A stretch of DNA of 32,000 nucleotides, taken from the NCBI RefSeq assembly GCF_000341895.1, contig NC_020409.1, positions 2,790,001 through 2,822,000 on the forward strand, read 5' to 3'. Source of the stretch: Pseudodesulfovibrio piezophilus C1TLV30 (GTDB taxonomy: Bacteria > Desulfobacterota > Desulfovibrionia > Desulfovibrionales > Desulfovibrionaceae). The notes below the pieces were generated by a model that saw only the letters and a program-made list of their open reading frames with translations, was not told the origin of the DNA and did not search any database. Position numbers and translations under genes: made by a program. Positions 9,450-17,000 of the stretch are shown piece after piece (position 1 is the first letter of the stretch; each line of letters begins with the position of its first letter).

Positions 9450-10131
9450 ATCCGAAGAGAGCGGTCAGAAGAACAACAAAGCCGAGGGCAGGAAGCAGGT
9501 TGGCGAGTTTGATCTCGGTAAGCTTGAGCAAGTTGATGGCGATGCCGACGATAAGCAGTCCACCACATGCCGTGACTTGAGCAATCATTATTTCGGAGAA
9601 GTACTGTTGGAAGAAATTCGCGCCGATGGTCATGGCACCTTGATAAATCAGCACCGGGATGAAGGAAAAGAGAACGCCGGAACCATAGGTGGCAGCTAGA
9701 GCGACAGAGGCAAAACCATCCAGAATGGCTTTGGTATAGAGAACGGTCGGATCACCGCTCATGCCTTCTTCGATCGCACCGATGATGGCCATGGCTCCGA
9801 TGCAATAGATGAGGGAAGCCGTGATAAGCCCATCTGTAAATTGAGGATTTCTCGACTTGATAAGTTTTTTGAATGTGTTTCCCAATCTTTCAAACGCGGT
9901 GTCGAGTCGGAGGAGTTCCCCTGTGATGCCGCCCAAAAGTACGGCGAATATGACGATAAGTATATTTTGAACTTTGAGAGCCATTTGAATGCCGATGAGC
10001 AAGACGCTGAGGCCGAGGCCCTGAAAAACGATCGCACGGATTCGTTCGGGGAAACGGGATTGCAACCAGCATCCGATGGCTGATCCTCCGATAATGGCGA
10101 TGGCATTCACTATTGAGCCGAGAGGGAGCAT
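9448..10131 (-). CDS. DUF554-family (YqgA/YdfK-like) inner-membrane protein
   Basis: 227-aa polytopic ORF starting MLPLGSIVNAIAIIGGSAIG, the characteristic DUF554 N-terminus. Confidence 0.75.
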   Translation of the reverse strand: MLPLGSIVNAIAIIGGSAIGCWLQSRFPERIRAIVFQGLGLSVLLIGIQMALKVQNILIVIFAVLLGGITGELLRLDTAFERLGNTFKKLIKSRNPQFTDGLITASLIYCIGAMAIIGAIEEGMSGDPTVLYTKAILDGFASVALAATYGSGVLFSFIPVLIYQGAMTIGANFFQQYFSEIMIAQVTACGGLLIVGIAINLLKLTEIKLANLLPALGFVVLLTALFG

Positions 10132-10304
10132 GGCGTGTCCTTTTCATTCAAAGAGGAAAATACGTTGGAATGTGCTAGCACCAAGAGTCTTGGCTGACAA
10201 GGATTATGGCAAGAAGAGCTGCTGTTTGAGAGAGTCGTCTTCTGCTGTTTTTCGATGCACTGTAAAAAGACAGCAGCTATTGAGTGTTGATTGTCACAAG
10301 AGTG

Positions 10305-10334
10305 TTGACATTCAGCCCCACCCTGACCTATGAA
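10305..10334 (+). promoter_or_regulatory. candidate sigma-70 promoter of tRNA-Leu
   Basis: TTGACA (10305-10310), an 18-nt spacer, then TATGAA (10329-10334). This ends 12 nt before the mature tRNA 5' end. Confidence 0.4.
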
Positions 10335-10346
10335 GAGCGCTCCCGT

Positions 10347-10433
10347 GCCAGGGTGGCGGAATTGGTAGACGCAGCGGATTCAAAATCCGCCGGCTTCACG
10401 GCCGTCGGGGTTCAAGTCCCCGCCTTGGTACCA
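10347..10433 (+). tRNA. tRNA-Leu (anticodon CAA), class II with long variable arm, encoded CCA
   Basis: Hand-folded. Acceptor stem is GCCAGGG/CCTTGGT. The D arm GCGGAATTGGTAGACGC is typical of bacterial tRNA-Leu. The anticodon stem is GCGGA/TCCGC with loop TTCAAAA. The variable stem is CGGC/GCCG. The T arm is CGGGG-TTCAAGT-CCCCG, followed by discriminator A and CCA. Confidence 0.9.
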
Positions 10434-10442
10434 TATGAGAAT
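10416..10442 (+). repeat. candidate attL core (tRNA 3' end plus 9 nt)
   Basis: GTCCCCGCCTTGGTACCATATGAGAAT. Compare with 19338-19361. Confidence 0.5.
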
Positions 10443-10467
10443 CCGACAACGCCCAAAGTTGTCTCTA

Positions 10468-10496
10468 AAGCCCCTAATATAAGGGGCTTTTTCTTT
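10468..10496 (+). terminator. rho-independent terminator downstream of tRNA-Leu (inside the island)
   Basis: 8-bp stem AAGCCCCT (10468-10475) / AGGGGCTT (10482-10489), a 6-nt loop, then TTTCTTT. Confidence 0.55.
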
Positions 10497-10534
10497 GTCT
10501 GTTGATCTAGTGCTGTCCAGCTAGGTCCATTGAC

Positions 10535-10597
10535 ATACTCACAATTGTGTGAGTAGGCCTGTGAGTAGATCGGGAGAATCAAGCCAATCTACTCACA
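10535..10597. promoter_or_regulatory. cluster of TGTGAGTAG(AT) repeats upstream of int (candidate integrase arm-type / operator sites)
   Basis: TGTGAGTAG at 10548-10556 (+). TGTGAGTAGAT at 10560-10570 (+). Its exact inverted copy ATCTACTCACA at 10587-10597. A degenerate inverted copy ATACTCACA at 10535-10543. These form two dyads: ACTCACA-ATTG-TGTGAGT, and an 11-bp inverted repeat with a 16-nt spacer. Confidence 0.55.
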
Positions 10598-10616
10598 TTG
10601 GCAGAGGAGGTTTCTT

Positions 10617-11837
10617 ATGCCCCTGACAGTCAAGAAAATAGCATCGCTGAAACCGAAGAAAAAGCTATACCGTGTGGCAGACGCCGAGGGCCTTTGTCTT
10701 GAGGTTACGCCAACGGGTTCCAAGTTGTGGCGGCTTCGTTATCGTTACAACGACAAAGGCAAAATGATGGCCTTGGGAAAGTTGACGGATGTTGACCTTG
10801 CACAGGCTCGTGACGAATGCAGAAAGTGGAAGCGGTGTTTACGGGAAGGCTTCGACCCTGCGCTTGTAAAAAAAGAAGAGGACGCGAGGTCAAGCGGCAA
10901 GGATAGCTTTGAAACTGTCACCCGTGAATGGTTTGCCAAGTTCAAGCAAAAATGGGCTGAGCAAACCGGCGTTCGGAAACTAGCCCGCCTTGAAAGTCAT
11001 GTTTTTCCATTGATAGGTTCTCTCCCCATCGACAAGGTGGACGCTCCACAAATACGCCGCGTGGTTCTTCGTCTTGAGAGTCTGGAAAAACTTCACACTG
11101 CCCACCGTGTAAAAAATATCATTGGCGAGATCATGCGTTACGCTGTCGCAATGGGTTTGATTCTACACAATCCCGTTCCTGACCTTGCCGGAGTCTTGCC
11201 GCCTACCAAAGAGATACACCGAGCTAGCATTGTCGATCCTAAAGGCATAGGTGGCCTTCTGAGGGCCATAGACGAATATCAAGGGAGCCTTGTTACTCGT
11301 TGCGCCTTGAAACTTGCTCCAATTACGTTTGTACGTCCGGGGGAACTTCGCCATGCCGAATGGTCGGAAATCGATTATGAAGGCAAGGAGTGGCGCATAC
11401 CTGCCGAGAAAATGAAGATGAAGCGGCCTCATGTTGTTCCGCTTTCTCGTCAAGCTGTCGAGGTATTGAAAGAGGTTGAATTGGTTACTGGTCATGGTGG
11501 CTATATCTTTCCGTCTGAACGGTCCTCGGCTCGGCCCATGAGCAACAACACCATTAACGCCGCGCTACGCCGTATGGGGTACACCAAGGACGAAATGACG
11601 GGGCATGGCTTTCGCTCCATGGCGTCAACCAACCTTAACGAATTGGGGTTCCATCCTGACCATATTGAACGGCAGCTTGCCCATGTGGAGGCAAACAGAG
11701 TTCGGGCGGCTTACAACTACGCCGAGCATTTGGTGGAACGTAAGAAAATGATGCAAGCGTGGGCTGACTGGCTGGATGGGGTGAAGGCCGGGGGTAAGGT
11801 TATTCCTTTGAAGTCAGCTAGCGGTAGTGGAGTATAA
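10617..11837 (+). CDS. int: tyrosine site-specific integrase, P4-like (DUF4102 N-terminal arm-binding domain)
   Basis: 406 aa with a GAGGAGG RBS. The N-terminus MPLTVKKIASLKPKKKLYRVADAEGLCLEVTPTGSKLWRLRYRY is the classic P4-integrase/DUF4102 signature. Catalytic-domain motifs are present: VRPGELRHAEW, HGFRSMAST (HxxR) and LAHVEANRVRAAYNY (H...Y). Confidence 0.92.
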   Translation: MPLTVKKIASLKPKKKLYRVADAEGLCLEVTPTGSKLWRLRYRYNDKGKMMALGKLTDVDLAQARDECRKWKRCLREGFDPALVKKEEDARSSGKDSFETVTREWFAKFKQKWAEQTGVRKLARLESHVFPLIGSLPIDKVDAPQIRRVVLRLESLEKLHTAHRVKNIIGEIMRYAVAMGLILHNPVPDLAGVLPPTKEIHRASIVDPKGIGGLLRAIDEYQGSLVTRCALKLAPITFVRPGELRHAEWSEIDYEGKEWRIPAEKMKMKRPHVVPLSRQAVEVLKEVELVTGHGGYIFPSERSSARPMSNNTINAALRRMGYTKDEMTGHGFRSMASTNLNELGFHPDHIERQLAHVEANRVRAAYNYAEHLVERKKMMQAWADWLDGVKAGGKVIPLKSASGSGV

Positions 11838-11838
11838 T

Positions 11839-12483
11839 ATGGGAAGCGGCAAACTGCCTGTTCGCGCTCATTATGAAGGCGAATACGATGAGGAATATCA
11901 AATTGTCCTAAATGCATTTGAGGAATGTGATATTCAGTTATCAAGTGCAGATGAGCAGCGTTTGTCACGCCTTGTTCGTTCATGGGTTTCAAGAAAAGAG
12001 GACAAAAAACTTATTTATGGCGAGAAAAAAAGGCAAGATCGGGTTGCAGAGTTGAGTTCTTTTGAATCGGTTCATAACCAATTTGAGTCTCGCCTAATAG
12101 CGTGTAGGGAAGATGACCATATTCGTGTTGCGCTAGGGATGAGTGCTAGCGATTATGACAGTGTTTTTGTAAGTCTTGATAGGGTGAGAGCAGCAATTAG
12201 ATGCGCTCAAGATAATCTTTATTCTGTAGGCAAGGGCGTAACCCTTTGGCTTGAACAAGAAATTATTATTGGAATGGAAAGATTTTACTATGAGACAACA
12301 GGGAAAAATGCACATTCGAATTTCACCAAACGTAATAGGGAGCATGAAGAATGGCATGGCGAGTTTCACTATATTTTCTGGCAAACGTTGGTTGCTTTGG
12401 GGTGCGACATGCCCAAAGAGCATAGGATGAAACAACTGTTGTCAGAACCCCAAACTATGACGGGAAAAGAAACACTAGAATAA
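11839..12483 (+). CDS. hypothetical protein (214 aa), island-encoded, no recognisable domain
   Basis: The track ORF starts at GTG 11827. ATG 11839 is preceded by GGAG with a 6-nt spacer. Local composition is AT-rich: I hand-counted 38% GC for 12001-12060 and 32% for 12241-12300, versus 62% for the dsrA block 26221-26280. I recognise no motif. Confidence 0.55.
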   Translation: MGSGKLPVRAHYEGEYDEEYQIVLNAFEECDIQLSSADEQRLSRLVRSWVSRKEDKKLIYGEKKRQDRVAELSSFESVHNQFESRLIACREDDHIRVALGMSASDYDSVFVSLDRVRAAIRCAQDNLYSVGKGVTLWLEQEIIIGMERFYYETTGKNAHSNFTKRNREHEEWHGEFHYIFWQTLVALGCDMPKEHRMKQLLSEPQTMTGKETLE

Positions 12484-12561
12484 ATCAATTTCTTTGCTCG
12501 TGTCGCAATTAAACTCCGTTGTTAGCTCTTTTGGAACAAGAAAACCCAAAGGAGCTTTTTT

Positions 12562-12765
12562 ATGTCTATTACTCTTCCCGAAACTGGTTTCGTTCGTCTT
12601 CCGCAAGTTCTGCAAATTATCCCGGTGTGCAAGGCCGCGTGGTGGAAAGGTATTGTCGAGGGCCGTTATCCCAAGGGTGTGAAGTTGGCACCGCGTACAA
12701 CCGCATGGCGTGTGGAGGATATCCGGGCGTTGATTGATCGCCTTTCAAATGAAGGTGGGGCGTAA
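12562..12765 (+). CDS. alpA: AlpA-family phage/island transcriptional regulator (excisionase-like HTH)
   Basis: 67 aa: MSITLPETGFVRLPQVLQIIPVCKAAWWKGIVEGRYPKGVKLAPRTTAWRVEDIRALI. This matches the AlpA pattern (LRLPxV....S...W..... G.FP.PvkLg.R...W...ei..W). AAAGGAG RBS. Confidence 0.85.
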   Translation: MSITLPETGFVRLPQVLQIIPVCKAAWWKGIVEGRYPKGVKLAPRTTAWRVEDIRALIDRLSNEGGA

Positions 12766-12771
12766 TGTCTG

Positions 12772-13809
12772 GTGGAAGACTGGACGCCACCAGAGCGGCG
12801 GTTCTTTGAATATCTGTTGTCCAAACTTCAATGGGGGCATGGCAAGGCTACGCCGTATTGGGGATACAAAGGAAAAGTCATCCACAAGGCGCCATATGTT
12901 GGCTTGCCGACGAATGTACACAACTACCTGCTTTTGGACCTTGATGAAGAGGGGGCCGGTTGTCGGTGGCTTGAAGAGAGCTTGCCTCATCCTACATTTG
13001 TTGTTGTGACGCCGGGAAACTTGCATGCCTTGTATGGGTATGAGCTGGCAACGCCGGTGATCAAGCCGAATGGGAATTCTTCGGTTAAAGCCTATGAGTT
13101 CTTTCAAGCTATCCTGGCGGCGTATCGGCATCGCCTTTGTGCCGATACTGGTTACAATGAATTCAATTGCAAGAATCCACTTTCGGACCGTTGGAAAAAA
13201 TACACGTTTTGGAATGACCGAAAATATACTTTTGATGAACTACAAAAGCATGTGGAGCTTGTCAGCAAAGGGAAACGGAACCGGGCAAAAGCAGAACAGC
13301 CGAAACCTACCAGCCCGGACAGTCTATTATTTCATGTCGGTCAACAGTGGGCTTATAAGAATTTTAAGGTTTCGCCGGATAGGGACCATTTGCAAAATGC
13401 CATTTGGGAATACCTGAATGGTTACAATCAAGACGCTATCGCTGTTGAGTTCGGCAAGCGGGAACCGGCGGCTAATGTTTTGGGTAAGGCGAAATCCATT
13501 GCCAAGTGGGTTTGGAAACGTCGTAATGAATCATGGCTGGCTGATTATGGGAAAGAGCGCGGCGCGTTGGGCTTTAGTCCGATCTGTTCGCAGTGGACCG
13601 ATGAGGAGCGGGCCGAGGAGACAAGGGCGCGGCAAAGCGAGGGAGCATATTATGCTCATGGCAAACGCAATCAAGCTACCCGCGATAAAATCAAAGAATC
13701 TGTCAATCAGATATTTGAGCGCGGGGGAACTATTTCTATTTCAAGTGTAGCAAGAGAGGCGAACCTTTCACGGCTGACAGTGCGCCGCAATAAAGAGCTT
13801 TTGGGATAG
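12772..13809 (+). CDS. replication initiation protein, Replicase-family (PF03090-like)
   Basis: 345 aa. The GTG start follows GGTGGGG and abuts the alpA stop. Motif order is LLLDLDEEG ... TPGNLHALYGYELATPV ... CADTGYNEFNCKNPLSDRW. That resembles the plasmid/island Replicase family (acidic DxD block, H.L.w.L..PV, aD.gY.....KNP). The call is from memory of the family pattern. Confidence 0.6.
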   Translation: MEDWTPPERRFFEYLLSKLQWGHGKATPYWGYKGKVIHKAPYVGLPTNVHNYLLLDLDEEGAGCRWLEESLPHPTFVVVTPGNLHALYGYELATPVIKPNGNSSVKAYEFFQAILAAYRHRLCADTGYNEFNCKNPLSDRWKKYTFWNDRKYTFDELQKHVELVSKGKRNRAKAEQPKPTSPDSLLFHVGQQWAYKNFKVSPDRDHLQNAIWEYLNGYNQDAIAVEFGKREPAANVLGKAKSIAKWVWKRRNESWLADYGKERGALGFSPICSQWTDEERAEETRARQSEGAYYAHGKRNQATRDKIKESVNQIFERGGTISISSVAREANLSRLTVRRNKELLG

Positions 13810-13959
13810 GGTGGTAACTATGGTGTTATAGAGATAGTTACGCAGTAAGGCGTTTCCTTCTGCTTCGGCTTTCGGCTGTTCGCACACTGGGGAGAATTCG
13901 TAAGGGGCGATTCTCGGCAAATGTGGGAAAGTGGCCTTGCATGAGTTTGTTGTCCCGGT

Positions 13960-13980
13960 AAAAAGGAGTTTTCGGACTCC
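13960..13980 (-). terminator. weak candidate terminator of the Type ISP gene
   Basis: On the minus strand: GGAGT-CCGAAA-ACTCC followed by TTTTTA. The stem is only 5 bp. It lies about 80 nt past the stop codon. Confidence 0.3.
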
Positions 13981-13987
13981 CTAAAAA

Positions 13988-14012
13988 GAGTTTATGGAGC
14001 AATACGCGCGTG
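13988..14012 (+). repeat. left copy of a degenerate direct repeat flanking the Type ISP gene
   Basis: GAGTTTATGGAGCAATACGCGCGTG. It shares the exact blocks GAGTTT and AGCAATACGCG (13998-14008), in the same order and orientation, with 19175-19205. It ends in an alternating CG/TG tract. Confidence 0.5.
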
Positions 14013-14057
14013 TTTATATACGTTGGTCGCATGAATTTCCCGTCTATAAAAGGAAGC

Positions 14058-17000
14058 CTAGATATCCAGCTTCGGCAATCCGTTTACGATCTTCATTGTT
14101 TCGAGGCTCACCGTGATAACGCGCATAAACAATTCCAGCGGGTAGCGTGGGTTGTTCATGGTGTCGATTGCCCAGTCGTTTGCGTCATTCACGATGCCGG
14201 ATTTCTTGTCCGTCTTGACGCATTGGCGTTCCACTACCCAGTCGAGGGCCGGTTTGCCGTTCACAACGTAGTCATAGGCGTCAAGAGGGATATCTTTCAG
14301 CGTAATGTGAGCGTTGTATATGAGCGTGGTTTTGTCCTTCTTCTTGCCGTACTTCATCTTCTCCACACGGTAGTGCTTGTCCTCAAGCTTCTTGTCGCCG
14401 GTGTCCATGGTCAACGGGTACGGCTCAACCGTTTCATAGTTGAGATGCAGGTCGGCCAGTCCTCGGCCCGACTTACTGAAGGCCCAGAAGTCAACTGCAC
14501 TTTTGACGCACGGAATGTGAGGAAGTTCTTTAGCCAGATTGTTATTGAATCGCCCCCGGTAATCTGGGGAATGAAGAAGACCGTAAACGTAATAGAAAAC
14601 ATCTTCTTTACTGATTGTCTCGTTGGGATAAGCATCTCGAAACTCATTCAGGCCGCTGTCAGTAAGTCCATCACGCTTAACATGCTTCTTATCATTTGAC
14701 CGAGGCTCATCAAATAAACCAACTTGCTTTTGTTTTTTTGGAGGCTGATTTTCCTCGTAGTAGTGAAGGGGGAAGCATTGGCTAGTATCTAGGAAATGGA
14801 AGTTTGACACGGAGTCAACCATTAACACCGAAAAACCACTTCTGGCCCCAATACCAGACACACAAATGACAAGGTTCTCCGGGTCATAGTCCGGGAAAAA
14901 ACGAGGCATCTGGAGGACTCTTTCATTTAAACACCGGTCCATATACAACCACTGTTTTACAAATGGACGATACATAGTTCTACGGACCTTTGTGGCATCA
15001 AACTGAATATCAGTCTCCCGCAGCACTTCCTTTTTCAAGTTTACAGACCAGCTGATTAGAGTTGGATCAGACAACAAAAAAGCATTCAGTTTTGAAGCGC
15101 GCTCTTTTGTTGTCTCCCCTTGATGGGCCTCACTAAATCGCACAACTTCATCACTGAAGCAGGCAATCATGGTTTTCATGTTTTTCAAAAGTCGTGTCTT
15201 TGAGAACGAATAACACCATGCGTCACGAGAAGAGAGAAGGCCTTGGGAATAGTTGGCAAACAGTTTAGAATCACCTTTTCTGTCTCCAAGAACAATATGT
15301 TTAGAAAAGATGTCATTTCGTAAATTTAGCCAATCGCCGTGACTATCTGGGGAGATCGTCGCCCATTCATCCATGGCTTGGATGTTGCTTTGACTATCAA
15401 GTTCAACTAACCGCCCAAGTTTGTCAGCTTGGCTTAAATCATCTCCTATATCATGGTAGAAGATTTGCCCCTTTTTCTTTGTGCTGGCATTTTTTACGAA
15501 CAGCGTAATAGCAATACCCGTCATACTACCACTGCCGAAGATATTCTGCCCTTCCTTCGCTCGCCCTTTACTCAACATGTTTTTCCGAATATCCCCTCTC
15601 AAGTTTAAAACATATATGCTTGAGAACTCTTCGGCCAAACACTTTCGTATTCCATCCATAGCAGGCTTCTCTACAAACCCAGAGCCAGAAACAAAACCGA
15701 TTACTCCACTATCGCCAATCCTGTCCGACGCCCAACGAATTGAACGGATATAGCTATTATATAGTCCTTTTGAGAGTTTCGCATTAGAGTTGGCGGCATA
15801 TGTCCCTCGAATGCGCCCATCCAAGTGGGGGTAAACCACATTTTGATTATTATCATTCGCACTTGCCTGCCCCTCTGAATACGGTGGGTTCCCCATAATA
15901 ACCCTTATATCCAACTCTTTCTGCCGCTTGCGCCTTTCGCTGTTGTCTTCCAGCATTGCGCTAATCAAATCTTCTTTCTCGTACAGCTGAAAAGTGTCTG
16001 TCAGGCAAATACCTTCAAAAAGTTGGTACTCATCCTTACCATCCATAAGCGTATGGTAAACGGCTTCAATATTGATGGCCGCTATGTAGTAGGCGAGCAA
16101 TACAATTTCATTGGCGTGAATCTCATACTTGTACTTGTGGGGGAGTTGTTCGGGTGAAATCAAACCACTTTGCAAAAGGCGGGTAATAAAAGTACCAGTC
16201 CCGGTGAAAGGGTCGATGATATGCACTCCCTCACTGCCGAGGGTCTGCCCGAATTCGCTTTTCAGCACGTCATTGACGCTATGAATGATAAAATCAACCA
16301 CCTCGACGGGCGTGTACACGATGCCAAGGCGTTCAGTCATTTTCGGGAAGGCATTGCGGAAAAACTTGTCATAGAGTTCGACCACGATTTTCTGTTTGCC
16401 TTCGGCGTTGTCGATACCGGAAGCCCGCAATTTAACGCTTTCATAGAACCGTTCCAGCGTGTCGGCTTCCTTGTCCAGCCTATGCTCTTCCAAGGAATCC
16501 AAGACCCCTTGCATGGCTTGTGAAATAGGGTTGTTGCTGGCAAAGCTATAGCCCTCAAACAAGGCATCAAAGACCGGCTTTGTAATGAGGTGTTGAGCCA
16601 GCATTTCAATAACTTCTTCGTCACTAATGGAGTCATTGAGATCGTCCCGCAATTCTTCGGCAAAGTCGTGAAAGGCCTTGCGTTCCTTGACGTGGGTTTC
16701 GTCGGCGAGAATCGTGTGAATCCGGCTAATATGGGTCTGGGCAATCTTGGCAATATCATTGGCCCAGTCTTCCCAGTGGTGGCGGTTGCCGCATTTCTTT
16801 ACCAGCTTGGCATAAATGGCGCGTTCAAAGTCGCTTATTTCAAACGTGAGCTGTTTTGCCACCGGATCGCGCCGGGGTGTTTCGGCTTCGCCTATGGTCT
16901 GTGAACCTTTTCCAGTGCTGCCCAACTTTGCAGCGGTCTTTGCATTGATCTTGTCGGTAATGGTGACAACCTCAATCTTTTGGGTATCAGGCCCGACCAG

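Noticed and set aside
13838-14032. 64-aa minus-strand ORF in the gap between rep and the Type ISP gene, and the 63-aa ORF at 18970-19161
   Set aside because: Neither has an RBS. Both have Arg/Ser/Pro-rich or otherwise odd composition and overlap the repeats and hairpins described in the findings. They are more likely non-coding. A small regulatory (C-protein-like) gene cannot be fully excluded without homology searches.
14010-14699. 229-aa + strand ORF inside the 3' end of the Type ISP gene
   Set aside because: It is an antisense shadow ORF of a clearly real 1630-aa gene. It has no RBS or motif support. The same reasoning applies to the other + strand ORFs listed between 15481 and 18986.
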